Shown: positions 1 through 14,431 of the stretch, one piece after another
How the letters are laid out: every line of letters starts with the position of its first letter
Position numbering within the stretch: position 1 is the first letter of the stretch
Source of the DNA: Eledone cirrhosa
Taxonomy: Eukaryota
Assembly (NCBI GenBank): GCA_964016885.1
Contig: OZ024743.1
Span: 58,218,001-58,282,000 of the forward strand
Length of the DNA: 64,000 nt
Direction: 5' to 3'
Translations under genes and position numbers: made by a program
Notes under the pieces: generated by a model
Databases searched by the model: none
Told to the model about the DNA's origin: nothing
What the model saw: the letters and a program-made list of their open reading frames with translations, nothing else

Positions 1-1
1 T

Positions 2-2257
2 AGTATAGCTAGATCCGAACTTAGAAATATTATAGAACAATATAGCAAGAAGCATAATAGAATGGAGGCCCAGCAACTGGTAGAAAAATCTGCAAATGGC
101 TTGCGTAAGCTCATGCAGCGCTCACGTAATGGAGAGATAGCATGCTTTCCAACAGACAAGTCTGGCAGAATGTCGGTTGACAGCCTACCAAACTACATCC
201 AGGCAATGCAACCCCACATCACTAACACAAGATAGGTAACACCACAGGAGTATGAGGATAGAGAAAAAGCCCTTAATGCCCATATGGTGATGTGGACGAA
301 TATAATGCAGCCTAACAAAAGTACTGCCAACAACTTCCAGGCCTGGAACAATGACGTGCCGGTGTTGTATGGGCTTCGAAAAGACCATAAAACGAGCAGT
401 GACCCTGTCGCGGGACAGCCAACATGGCCAGTCTGTGGAGCTAACATTGCTAGTAACTACAGACTGTCCTACTTCCTCTCCCTGATCATACGCCCCATCA
501 TTGAAATGTCCCCAGATGTATGTGACAGCACGGAGGACCTCCTCAGCAGAATCGGCGTGAGTAACCGATCTAGGGACCTAACAAACTGCATAATAGGCAG
601 TATGGATGTTGTGTCCCTGTATCCATCTATTGACGTGGATTTTGCTGTGGAGAAATGCGTAGAAATGATCAGTGAGAGCAATGTTGAGTTCCGTGGGATT
701 GATACCAGTGAGCTGGGACGCCTACTTAAACTTACCTATAGTAATAATTACCTAGACACATATGACCTTAGCAACCTGTGCCCTACAAGACCAGCAAGAG
801 GCAGACCACCTACCATTACCTCAATGGCCAAGAAAACCTACACAGATAGATGGAACGGGTGGACCAGAGCCATACGGACACGCGAAAACCACGATGAACT
901 GAAGAAAATGATTGCACATGCGGTAGGGGCCAGCATAAAACTAACCCTTAAGGAACATATGTTCAAATTTAATGGAAAAACATATGCCCAAGAGCAAGGA
1001 GCAGCCATTGGTGTTAGCATTGCAGGCGACATAGCTAACTTATTCATGGTATGGTGGGACAGTAGACTTAAACTTAAACTTACAGAACAATTAGAAGACC
1101 CTTTAACCCTGATAATGTACTCCCGCTACGTTGATGATATAAACATCGTAGTTAAGACACCCCCACTAGAGAACAGTCAGGAACTAGAGAAAAACACAAT
1201 GGAAAGCATCCAGCAAATAGCAAACTCCATCCACCAGAGCATTAGAGTTACTATAGACTACCCAAGTATACACCCCAACCATCGATTACCTGTACTAGAC
1301 ACAGAGCTCTGGTTAGATACCATTAACAACAAAAAACAAATCCTCCATTCCCATTATGCCAAACCCATGACTTCCAAACATCTGATCCACCGAAACTCGG
1401 CCGTTTCGGACCATACCAAAATCAACATACTGATTGCGGATTTGGTACGGGTGATGAGAAACGTGTCCCGCATGTGCAACCCCGAAGAACTAGAGAGACA
1501 CATACAACACTTCATTCACCGTATGCAGTTCTCTGGCTACAATCAGAGAGATAAAATCAGAGTGTATAGAGGAGCCAGAACCAAATGGGAAAAAATGGTA
1601 AATAATGACATAAATGGGACCTGCCCCTTGTATAGAAGCAAATTTTGGAATAGAATAGAAAGAACTAGGAACAAGGCTAATAGAATAAACTCATGGTATG
1701 ATAGCAATAAATACCAGAGTGTAATGTTCATCGATACAACCCCTAGAGGTGAATTAGCTTACACATTTAGAAGGGCCCTAAATAAACATAAACTCAATAT
1801 TAAGATAGTAGAAAGACCAGGTACCTCCGTAAAAACACTTATTAGCAAGACATACCCTTTTCAAAGACCCTCATGTATAGATAAGAAATGTATAACCTGT
1901 AAAATAAGCCCCCATATTAACTGTAAAACTAGAAATGTACTGTATAGCATAAGATGTACTGAAGGACAATGTAGAGACAAAAATATAGTGTACATAGGTT
2001 ATACAGCTCGTAGTGTAGGGGAACGGATAAATGAACACTGGCGAGAGCTTCAAGATAGTAAAGAATCATCTGTACTCTACCAACATGCTAAAATAGAACA
2101 CAAGGGTAAATTAGAGAACATAGAAATAAAAATAGAATCTACACACAGAAAAGACGCAATGTTTAGACAAATTACAGAGGCAATAAACATAAAAGAATTA
2201 CAACCAAAATTAAATAGAAAACATGAGTGGAACAGCAACATCACAACTTACAATTAA
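2..2257 (+). pseudogene. Penelope-like element (PLE) polyprotein: RT + C-terminal GIY-YIG endonuclease; 5' end outside window; one in-frame TAG at 233-235
   Basis: Frame from nt 2 contains PTDKSG (PLE DKG-type motif) before the TAG. The 657-aa ORF has MDVVSLYPSI, QGAAIG, YSRYVDD, LPVLDT, a Cys-rich linker and VLY..YIG..R..EH..E..N (GIY-YIG). Confidence 0.9.
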
Positions 2258-2704
2258 GGACAAAATGAAAACACACACACACATAGAACAAACAACCAAC
2301 CAGTAACATGTAAATAAACAAATAAATAAATGAACATAAACACACACAGACACCCGGATGTGGCGCATGCGCAGACTGAGCACACAACACACACACAGAA
2401 ACAAAATGGCGTAGGACAGAACAAAGGAGAGGCACAGAAACAAAGAAAGGAATCCCCAGTCACTGAAGAGGTCACAGAGTGTGTGACGAAAGAACTATGA
2501 CAATATATAAACAACTTTCTGGTTGTGGAACCAACCAACCAACCAGAAATTTATAAATTTATTATAAATTTATTATAATAAATTGAAGTGAAAGCAACTG
2601 GTGCGTGTGTTTCTTATTGGCAACATGACCCTCCCAAAGTATAACAATATCGGTTTCAACACACGATTTCAGATAAAGAATCTTGCTAAACAAATTCAGA
2701 AACG

Positions 2705-2705
<1 letters not shown>
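2258..2705 (+). mobile_element. PLE 3' tail/pLTR with partial hammerhead core (CTGAAGA-G-GTCAC..GTGAC-GAAA at ~2463-2491)
   Basis: Core boxes and stem II are visible; stems I and III do not clearly close. 2624-2680 is homologous (inverted) to 9146-9218. Confidence 0.6.
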
Positions 2706-2764
<59 letters not shown>

Positions 2765-2770
<6 letters not shown>

Positions 2771-3112
2771 TGCCTCCAAGGCATCGAGTATGGCCATTGC
2801 ACGATATAACATTATGAATAATTATTAATTAATTCTATGGTGCAATGCCTGAGCGTGAAGATATTTTTTAAAGTGAGGAAAGACTGTGCACTGAGCCAAT
2901 CCCACTGTCTGAGCGACAGTAGCTATAACCCCGAAAGAATAACAGATCAACATCATCGGCAACAACTGAGCAGCAGGTTTTATATCGGAGTTATCCAAGT
3001 TTCTTGAGTTGCCTTCTCCTAGAAGAATTCCCTGACATAGGCTAAGGGTCCTTCACTCCCAGTGGTTTAACCGCGCGATCGGGTGTCCAGGCCGACTATT
3101 CTATGTCCCCGC
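2765..3112 (-). repeat. Interspersed ~350-bp repeat family (other copies 7237-7483 and, on the opposite strand, 51645-51970 + 59570-59612)
   Basis: Shared sequence, e.g. GAGGAAAGACTGTGCACTGAGCCAATCCCAC..GAGCGACAGTAGCTATAACCC, in all three places. Confidence 0.8.
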
Positions 3113-3201
3113 GTATATACATACATATGCACCCATGTATATACACACATACATATACATACATATGTACATGTGCATATACATATTTACACATACGAAT
3201 A

Positions 3202-3237
<36 letters not shown>

Positions 3238-3247
3238 GTGTGTGTGT

Positions 3248-3328
<81 letters not shown>

Positions 3329-3812
3329 TTTTGCTACGAGTATACAGAGAGACAACAGGTTATAAAGTGACAAATAGAGAAAAACAGATATTATGCTTTT
3401 AATAATATCGCTGGAAGAAATTATATCGAGAATAGCTGCTAAGGACATCATAATTGTCTCAATTAGGTATCAATAAAACAAGGGACAGTCTTTCTAGTTC
3501 ATATTAAAAGAATATTTGTGGCTATTGATTATCGTTGATACATACCTAAAATGCCAAGAAATAGAAAAATTACTTCCCCACTTCAAATACCGGAAATGTG
3601 TCCATGTTTTATTGCTGACGTCAGAAAAAATATGCTGTACCTGATTGATATATTGAATACTAGTAATATAAAAACCACTTAGAAGCTTAGAAATTAGCGA
3701 TTGACAGGAAATAATTACACAGGCGTTGCCATTGGGTACATTTTGATTTCATATCGACGATAAGCAGTCTATAAATCACTAAGTATTTTCTACATCCTAT
3801 TATGAATGACAG

Positions 3813-3852
<40 letters not shown>

Positions 3853-4724
3853 CTAGCAGTGGTACCCGGCGTTGCACGGGATAAGGTAATCGTGGAAAAC
3901 CTGCATGGACGATATGTAAAGAAAATAAACCGAATACTCTGATGGCTGGATAATCTTTAAGATTTTCCTCGATGAAGCAGGAAAATGCAGGTGTTCACCT
4001 AATGATTTTTTTTTAGTGCATAATATGCCTTAAAATTTCGGGAAAATCGGCTAAACGTAACGCCTCAAAAAAGCCCTAAAAAGCTAAAAAAAGAGACGTT
4101 TTTCACCTAATTTTAGACCATAAAAATGTTGAATTTTCTTCGCTCACGGTATAATAAAGAGACTGACTATTACATAGTTACAATTTCAAGGTAATAAGTC
4201 TAACGTAACGACTCAAAAAAGCCCTAAAAACCTGAAAAAACGCAGTTTTTCAACGAATGCGGGCCCTAGGGGATCAAAAAGTTGAATTTGTTTATGTGCA
4301 TAACGCTCTCTAAAACATAAGTAATAGACATGTATAGTTTGAAAAGAGTCGGTTTGGTACTTCTCGAGTTTTAGAGATTCAAACTCACAGACACACATAC
4401 ACACACTCACACACAGACAAACATCCTCAGGGAAGTGACGTAATGCAGACATACAGACATACAGACAGATATTATAAGAGCGCGACGTTATATGTATGTT
4501 ATATCTAAAAAGATAAAGACTAAGAATTATAGAGAGAGATCGCTAAATCGCCTAATGCGGTCCCTAGGGCATTGAAAATTTGAAATTTCTTTTCTCAGAA
4601 CACTTCCTGATACATAAGTATTATATGTGTAAGGTTTGAAAACAGTCGGTTGGGTGGTTCTAGAGTTTTAGGGATTCAAACTTACACACACACAGACAGA
4701 CATCCTCAGTTTTATATATATAGA
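3853..4724 (-). mobile_element. Non-autonomous Helitron, family A
   Basis: Minus strand starts A|TCTATATATAAAACTGAGG and ends with hairpin CCCGTGCAACGCCGGG followed by CTAG|T. Near-identical copies at 41739 and 60888. Confidence 0.8.
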
Positions 4725-4726
4725 TA

Positions 4727-4918
4727 GGAAACAAATGTTTAACCCCGACAGCAGAGCTCAACCCGTTTCGACGGCTATTTCTGGACTGAAATAGCCGTCG
4801 AAACGGCTTGAGCACTGCCGTCGGGGTTAGACATTTTCCTATTACCCACTCTACTACCCTAAGTAATGAGTCCTCTGGTGCGTTATGGTCCATCTGTTTC
4901 CTTACCACACCTCTTTCG

Positions 4919-4920
<2 letters not shown>
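4727..4920 (+). repeat. Hairpin-capped repeat (~110-nt foldback + conserved tail); related copies at 12197-12388 and 44919-45030
   Basis: Inverted arms CCCCGAC..CCGTTTCGACGGCTATTTC / GAAATAGCCGTCGAAACGG..GTCGGGG, followed by TATTACCCACTCTACTACCCTAAGTA. Confidence 0.75.
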
Positions 4921-4972
<52 letters not shown>

Positions 4973-4980
4973 ATATATAT

Positions 4981-5084
4981 AATTGTTTCTACTTTAGGCA
5001 CAAGGCCAGCAATTACCCAGTGCATTACTGGTACTTTATTTTATCGATCCCGTAAGGATGAAAGGCGAAGTCAACCTCGGCGGG

Positions 5085-5086
<2 letters not shown>
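4981..5086 (-). mobile_element. tRNA-derived SINE, partial
   Basis: Reverse complement of the CTTTCATCCTTACGGGGTCGATAAAATAAAGTACCAG family. Confidence 0.75.
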
Positions 5087-5134
<48 letters not shown>

Positions 5135-5799
5135 GTGTGTATATAAAGAGGAAAATGCGAAGTTGAAGATATTAGAGTCCTTTGTTAATTGAACCGTTAT
5201 GCATAATTCCGATTTCTTCAGAGAGTAAAAATTGATTAAAAGTTAACATTTCCGAGGCAAATTTAGGTGGAAGGGGCGGACTAAAAAAGCGGTGTATGTT
5301 TTTGCTTTGGGTATCCCCTTTCTTCTAACTTTCAGAACATCCTGACAGCCCTGCGCAGTCGCAGGGGTGTGGGTGGCTGACCACTCAATTACCAACTAGA
5401 ATACTACCAACCTTATTTGTTCTCTCTAGTTACAAGTCTACCACCCCCTCGGCCGACAACACTATACGGTCATTGGGAGTTCAAACCAGCCAAATTTGTT
5501 TACTGATAGGTTTGATGTCCAGTAGAAATTCGGTGTATTCGTACCCGTTACCCGTTTATTGTGGGGTAATATACAGATGAACAACCCCAAGGTGAGAAAG
5601 TTACCTACTGCTATCATTAATATAATTTATTATAACTTAAAATTGAATGCATTTACCCAAAATGTAGAACTGGTGTACATCATTGGATGCAAACGAAGTC
5701 ATAGGTTTTATATCAGAGTGACCTCTTAGCGAGATATCTTAATGAAGACTATGTGTATCTCATTTCACATACATACATACTTATATAAATATATATAAT

Positions 5800-6985
5800 A
5801 AAAACAACATTAAAATAAATCTCATTCTCCACAACATCTAACCTAGCTAGCCACATCGCATTCAGTAACCATCATAAACTAAGACAGTATAACTCCCACA
5901 CCGCGGTACAACCACCCCCTCAAATACACCACGCGACTACACCAGTACTTGCTCTAGTAGCATGCCTCCCCCCATCTAATCCTTCTAGCACGCACCAACT
6001 GCATAGTTTAAACAACCCTACCCTCACTAACAGCAGCAGTAACTGCAACTACCGTTACCCTAATGCATGCCCACTAAACGGACAATGCCTTACACCGAAT
6101 ATAGTTTATAGGTGTACAGTTAAAACAACATCGCATACCAGCTCATATATTGGCTCTACCTCTAACCATTTTAAGGTACGCTATAACGCGCACTAATTTT
6201 CCTTCCGAGACCCTAGCAATAGATGTTCGACATCTCTAGCTAGGCTCATTAAAAACCTTAAATTAACCAACATTGAACACTCACTAACATGGCATATCTT
6301 GGTTAGAGCCCAACCGTTCAATGGACGAAGAAAATCTTGTGATTTCTGTCTTACCGAAGCCTATTACATAACTCTATCACGATCACAACCGATTAATGAT
6401 AGAACGGAGCTAACTATTAACTGTCAACATCGAAGGGCTAATACTTTCGCCAGAAGAATATTTGACCCAACATAATCATCTAATCCCACTTTTTCTTATA
6501 CATAACATGTTATATAGTTATAGCTAACTTAGATAATTATAAGTTACCTCCCTTACATTGTCTCTCACTTAAACTCATTAGCACTTCTTAACTATAAGCC
6601 ACTTACAATTTCTAATTTCTCGAGGAGTTACTTCCCCTGACACTAACCTCTAATTAGTAAGATAAATATGTCCTTTAGCGGTCATCTTGCTACCCATAGG
6701 CAGATCTCGCATAACGCAGCCTCGACAGAAGAATATTGCTCACCTATGGCAGACAATAGATAGACCCAAGAGACCATAGTCAAATACCAATATATGGAAC
6801 ATTACATTCATGTAACCATCTTTGTTTACTTTAATATATATTCCTTTTGAAGTTGCGATGAACTGCTCCAATTTTACCTAAGTTAATTATCTTCAACTGA
6901 ACCAGATCAATAATGATCTATAATCATTTGATCGAGAAACATTATATGGAGTAGCGAAACAATTGTAAACGGACATTATTAGTAT
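5800..6985 (+). mobile_element. PLE (Naiad-like) 3' fragment: GIY-YIG domain with an internal stop, plus tail with a degenerate HHR
   Basis: CNYRYPNACPLNGQCLTPNIVYRCTV..SYIGSTSNHFKVRYNAH*..CDFCLTE..CQHR ends at TAA ~6475. GCGAAACAATTGTA at ~6955. Confidence 0.75.
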
Positions 6986-6996
6986 TATTATTATTT

Positions 6997-7180
6997 TGGC
7001 AGTATCAATTGAGGGTCGGACGCTATGCTTTGACGCATTGAGTTACGGCCTTGCCATTCTGAGTTCGAATCCCGCCGAGGTTAACTTTTGCCTTTCATCC
7101 TTACGGGGTCGATAAAATAAAGTACCAATAATGTACTGGGTAATTGCTGGCTTTGTGCCAATATTAGAAACAATTATTAT
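6997..7180 (+). mobile_element. tRNA-derived SINE (dominant family in this window)
   Basis: B-box GTTCGAATCCC, central CTTTCATCCTTACGGGGTCGATAAAATAAAGTACCA, tail TTAGAAACAATTATT. Confidence 0.8.
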
Positions 7181-7483
7181 TCTTTACATTCCTTTCATTA
7201 AACTACAACTATGTTTACAATTTTTAAATATATATAATGGCTTCTCCCTCGTTATCGAGTATGGCCATTTCACGATATACTATTATTAATAAGTATTACA
7301 TAATTCTATCGTGCAATACATGTGCGTGAAGATATTTTTTAAAGTGAGGAAAGACTGTGCACTGTGCCAATCCCACTCCCTGAGCGACAGTAGCTATAAC
7401 CCGAAAAGAAGAAAAGATCAACATCATCGGTAATTCCTGAGCCGCAGGTTTTATATCGGCGTTATCCCAGTTTCCTGAGTTCC

Positions 7484-8408
<925 letters not shown>

Positions 8409-8414
8409 GATTAG

Positions 8415-8589
8415 ATTCTACAGGACTAGAACTGTTTCATTCTTTAGAAATCATCAGGAATCCTGATGATTTCTAAAGAATGAAACAGTTCTAGTCCTGT
8501 AGAATGTCATCTATATTAAAACCTTTATACTCTGCTATGTATTGAGTACCTTACTTACTGTGGTTACCTCCGATTCAACCCGGAATAAC

Positions 8590-8590
<1 letters not shown>
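8415..8590. repeat. Perfect ~90-nt palindrome containing an HHR core (CTGATGA-T-TTCT AA AGAA-T-GAAAC..GTC), plus tail
   Basis: ATTCTACAGGACTAGAACTGTTTCATTCTTTAGAAATCATCAGGA-A-TCCTGATGA...CCTGTAGAAT. Confidence 0.7.
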
Positions 8591-8657
<67 letters not shown>

Positions 8658-8696
8658 ATATATATACACGGGTTTGTATGATTGTGTATAGAAGAT

Positions 8697-9081
8697 TATA
8701 TTAATAAAAGGAATTCCAACTTTGTCTGATTAACTCGCTTTATTTACAATCCTTTAAAATTAAAATGATATTATAATGAAATAGTATGGCAGAATATTAA
8801 ATGTTAATTGAACAAGTACTTTCATGCTTGCTTTCCAATTTTCAGGGTCGTATACATTGGTGACAGTCATGTTTGCAATTTCCGAATGTCGAAATTCTCA
8901 CAGTCGAAAATTGCAAATTTGACTGTGACCACTGAATGTGAACCTGAAGATTGCGAAAGCATGAAAGTAATTGTTCAATTAACATTTAATATTCTACCAT
9001 ACTATTTCATTATAACATCATTATAATTTTAAAGGATTGTAAATAAAACGAGTTAATCAGATAAAGTTGGAAATCATTTTA

Positions 9082-9088
<7 letters not shown>
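8697..9088. repeat. Imperfect ~390-bp foldback element with a minimal HHR-like motif at ~8939-8977 (+)
   Basis: The arms are reverse complements. Motif: TGAAC-CTGAAGA-T-TGC GAAA GCA-T-GAAAGTAATT-GTTCA. Confidence 0.65.
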
Positions 9089-9142
<54 letters not shown>

Positions 9143-9143
<1 letters not shown>

Positions 9144-11565
9144 AATATATTAGTTTTCGAGGTTTTTGATATGAAATCGTGTGTCGAAACAAATATTGTT
9201 ATACTTGGGGAGGGTCATATTTGTGTAATATTGCCAGAATGAATAACAGAACACACTCACTGTTTGGTTGGTTTTCGCTTTTCGCTTCTGCGTCTTTTAT
9301 ATCGGTTAATTTAATTTATTCGGTCCTCAATGTTGCCATTGACTGACCAACGGTCAAAAATACAGATACAATATAGACACAAACACATATATATAGTCTA
9401 TCAAAGTTCTGTCGCTTCACATCTGCAACATCGTCAGTGGTGCTATTGTTTCCTCCCGTTGCATTGTATGTCTACGCCATCTTTATTTAGTCTGTTTATA
9501 TATTTATTTATTTGTTTATTTTTTGTCTTCTTTGCGCATGCGTTTGCGTGTGTGTATAGTGTTTTGTTTGATGTGTGTTCGTGTTTGGGTGACTGTGTAT
9601 TCTATCTTTACTAGTGTGTGTTTATATGTGTTTGGTTTTATTCTGCTGGTGTATGTATTTATTTATTTATCCATTTATTTATTTATACTTCTCTTAGGTC
9701 AGTGTTGTTTGTATGGGTGTTGTTGTTATTCCATTCATTTTTTCTGTTCAGCCTTGGCCTTCTAACGTGAAGATCTACACCCAAAATGAGGGGGCAGCCA
9801 TTGGCGTCAGCATAGCTCGTGACGTTGCCAACCTTTTTATGGTATGGTGGGAAATGAGACTTAGAGAACTCCTTGATGAGAGCTCCATAGACCTCATCAT
9901 GTACTCTCGTTACGTAGACGATATCAATATAGTAATAAGAACATCCCCACAAGAGAGCACTAACACATTTGATTTAGAACGTAGCACAATGGAAAGCATC
10001 CAGCAGACAGCTAATTCCATACACCAGAGTATAACTGTAACTATCGACTACCCTTCCAAAAAACCTAACAATAGACTACCTGTATTAGACACGGAACTCT
10101 GGACTAACACTATAGACGAGAGAGCCCAAATTCTCCACTCACACTATGCTAAACCCATGGCCTCCAAATACCTGATAGTCAAAAACTCAGCAATGTCTAG
10201 TAGTGCTAAGTTTAATATTCTGATCGCAGACTTGGTACGAGTGATGAAGAACGTGTCCCGCATGTGCGACCCAACAGAAATGGAAAGATACATCCAACAC
10301 TTCATCAACCGCATGCAGTTCTCTTCCTACAACCAAAGAGACAGAATCAGAGTATACGAAGGAGCCACGGAGAAGTATAAGACCCTCATAGAACTAGTCA
10401 TGAAAGGAATTTGCCCATTATACAGGAGCAAATCATGGAATAGCTTAGATAGGACTAGACATAAGATAAGGAAAGCCACCTCATGGTACGACAAACAGAG
10501 ATACCAGAGTGTCATGTTTGTGGACGCTACCCCTGGAGGGAAATTAGCTAACCAGTGTAGAAAGGCTCTGAGAAAGACATACTTAAAGATTAAGGTGGTA
10601 GAAAAGCCAGGAACCACCATAAAATCCCTGATCAGCAAAACCTACCCTTTTAAGAAAACCCACTGTACTAATAGGAAATGTATCATATGTAAAGTAAACC
10701 CCCGGATACACTGTAAAACTAGAAACATAGTCTATAGCATAAGATGTACAGAGGGTACTTGCAGAAACATGACAACAACATACATGGGTGAGACAGCTCG
10801 TAGCATAGGTGAAAGGATAGACCAACACTGGGGGGAACTAAAAGGACGGAAAAACAGTTCAGTACTATACGAACATGCCAGACAACAACACGACGGTAAC
10901 ATAGACAGCATAGAAATTAGAATAATATCTAAACATAGAAATGACCCAGCAGATAGGCAAATCAGAGAGGCCAGTGAAATAGAACTTAGAAGGCCAAGGC
11001 TAAACAGAAAAAATGAATGGAATAAGAACAACACCCAAACAAACAACACTGACCTAAGAGAAGTATAAATAAATAAATGGATAAATAAATAAATACATAC
11101 ACCAGCAGAATAAAACCAAACACATATAAACACACACTAGTAAAGATAGAATACATTAACCAATACACAGTCACCCAAACACGAACACACATCAAACAAA
11201 ACACTATACACACACGCAAACGCGTGCGCAAAGAAGACAAAAAAATAAACAAATAAATAAATATATAAACAGACTAAATAAAGATAGCGTAGACATACAA
11301 TGCAACGGAGGAAACAATAGCACCACTGACGATGTTGCAGATGTGAAGCGAAAGAACTTTGATAGACTATATATATGTGTTTGTGTCTATATTGTATCTG
11401 TATTTTTGACCGTTGGTCAGTCAATGGCAACATTGAGGACCGAATAAATTAAATTAACCGATATAAAAGACACAGAAGCGAAAACCGAACACCAACCAAA
11501 CAGTGAGTGTGTTCTGTTATTCATTCTGGCAATATTACACACATATGACCCTCCCCAGTTATAAC
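9143..11565 (+). mobile_element. 5'-truncated PLE with an inverted copy of its own 3' end (arms ~9198-9765 and ~10986-11565)
   Basis: ORF from ~9766 to 11068 is homologous to the PLE at 2-2257 (EGAAIG, YVDD, LPVLDT, IVY..YMG). An inverted pLTR at the truncated 5' end is a known PLE hallmark. Confidence 0.9.
9766..11068 (+). pseudogene. PLE RT (C-terminal half) + GIY-YIG endonuclease, 5'-truncated, no internal stops
   Basis: ORF 9713-11068 of the track; its first ~17 codons derive from the inverted arm. Confidence 0.85.
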
Positions 11566-11622
<57 letters not shown>

Positions 11623-11826
11623 AGAATTAAGATAAATCAAAGTGAATTTAATCTAAATCAAAATTATGGGTGTCATGCCAGAAAGGCATGCGCCATATCA
11701 CCCGTAAAATAAGCTCCAAGATTCTAATGAATAGGTCCGAGCATCTTATAACAACTAGAAATTGGTTAACATATAAATAAACATATGAAACAATCACAGG
11801 GGATAATTTTTACAAATAAAACGAGA

Positions 11827-11869
<43 letters not shown>

Positions 11870-11896
11870 GGGGGGGGGGATTTATTTTGGCGAATG

Positions 11897-11930
<34 letters not shown>

Positions 11931-12196
11931 TGATGAAAGAAAAATTATCTGGTAATCAGGATTGAACATGTTTCAATGCTTATGGATTTTTCTTCACCTA
12001 ATACTGCACTGACAACTATGGGAAACCTATCAAACTAATCAAGAGAACTTGTCTTGATACGTGTGGTTACTATTGATTTAATATAGCAAGATATATATTA
12101 TTGATCTCTACGCTGGTATTGGATACTCGTTTAAGTATTCGCCAAAATAAATCCCCTGCACCCCCCCCCCCCCAATATATATATATATATATATAT

Positions 12197-12386
12197 AGGA
12201 ACAAGTAAGACCCCGACGGCTGAGCTCAAGCCGTTTCGACGGCTAAATCAGTACAGAATTAGCCGTCGAAACGGCCTGAGCTCAGCCGTCAGGTTCTTAC
12301 TTGTTCCTATTACCCACTCTACTACCCTAAGTATTGAGTACTTTGGTGCGTTATGGTCCACCTGGTTCCTTACCACATTTCCTTCG

Positions 12387-12388
<2 letters not shown>
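12197..12388 (+). repeat. Second hairpin-capped repeat copy (family of 4727-4920)
   Basis: Same foldback and same tail; flanked by (TA)n on both sides. Confidence 0.75.
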
Positions 12389-12436
<48 letters not shown>

Positions 12437-12505
12437 TATATAGTAATAATAATAAAATATATATATACTATATATAGTAAAAATAATAATATTTTAATAA
12501 ATATA

Positions 12506-12550
<45 letters not shown>

Positions 12551-14052
12551 TTAAAATAACAGATTAAAGTTTAAGCAAAGAATCGCTGCTTTCACCCTTA
12601 ACGGGATCTTCTGAAACTAACAAAGTCAATCTGTAAACGCAGAACTGGATATTTCAAAAAACGTTGCAACCGGAGGAAGACAGGAAGACGATACTTTGGT
12701 TCGTGGAAACGTTCGCTGGCTAAGAACGGGAAAAAACGAATATAAAAACGTCATTAATAGGAGCGGTGAAAAACAATTACGCGCAAAGACAGAACCACGT
12801 TTATGGTATAATAGAGGTCGTAGACTAATGTTCTCTTAGGTGGTGCATAAAGACGTTCTCTGGCGATGAACGAAAAAAAACGAAGATAATACGTCATATG
12901 TGGAGCGTGGAGAACAATAGCACGCAAAGACAAAATCACGTAAATGGTAAGCAGAAGTCGTAGACTAAAATTCTAACTAGGAGACCAAATGAATCTCCGC
13001 TACAGAGTTAAGAACAAAGTAAATAAATACAATACAGAAGTAATAGAAATAAATAAATACATACACGCAAACAGAAACGTACATACACAAGCATACGCAA
13101 AAACTTACCATAGGTAAATAAAACCACGCACATATAAATATGTGTGTGTGTGTAAGCGTGTATACAAATAAATAAATAATTATATAAACATATATAAATA
13201 AATAAATACGTATATAACAAGCTCACACACATACCTACATGTAAATACACGAATGTTCGGAGACGAAAGTCAACCAAAACATGAAGTACACATATACACA
13301 CGCCCTACATACGTACGAACCTGCATACTCACACACACTCAAAACTCCCGTATACACATAGCCGAACCATATGTAACTGAATATATAAAAAAGATTATAC
13401 GCCATAACAATCAAATATATGTACGAGAAGGTATACGTACCTTCACAAAACATACGGATAATATATACTTACCTATGCAAATAAGTAAAGGTATAAACAA
13501 AACATATACTTAGCTCCCACATCGCGACGTAAAATATCCACGTTATTTTAATAAATATTTGCTCTACGGTTCTTATATATTTGATATATATTTATCCTAA
13601 TCGAGCCCTCTTTGGATTTTAGTCTTCAAATTTATTATTATTACTATATATATATATATATATACTATATATATACTATATGTATGTATACTATATATAT
13701 ATATATATAGTATATATATATACTATATATATATAGTATATATATATATACTATATATATATATATATATATATATACTATATATATATACTATATATAT
13801 ATATATATATATATACTATATATATATACTATATATATATATATATATACTATATATATATACTATATATATATACTATATATATATATATACTATATAT
13901 ATATATATATATATATACTATATATATACTATATATATATAGTATATATATACTATATATATATATATATATACTATATATATATATTCTATATATATAT
14001 ATATATATATATATACTATATATATATATACTATATATATATATACTATATA

Positions 14053-14431
14053 TCTATACTATAAAGCTGACGGCCGTATATAAGTAACAAACTTTCCGCC
14101 AAGCGGCTGAACCAAACGGCACCAAATTTGCACCATAGATGTAACTTTTTCCAAGTAAGAAAATGAGGGTATTTTTGTCTACTGAATTTTGTTAAAGGAT
14201 TAAAGACATTATTTAAATATTCACATCTTTAAAATTTTCAAATGTCAATACTTCCGGTTATACGAAATTCCTAACGTCTTCACGAACCAAAGTATCATCT
14301 TCCTGTTTACTTTCGGTTGCAATGTTTTTCGAAATATTTACTTCTGCGTTCACACATTGATTTTTTAGTTTCAGAAGATCCCGTTAAGGGTGAAAGCAGC
14401 GATTATTTGCTTAAACTTTAATCTGTTATTG

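Noticed and set aside
9713-9765. ATG start for the second PLE ORF
   Set aside because: It comes from the antisense inverted arm, so it is a chance in-frame extension.
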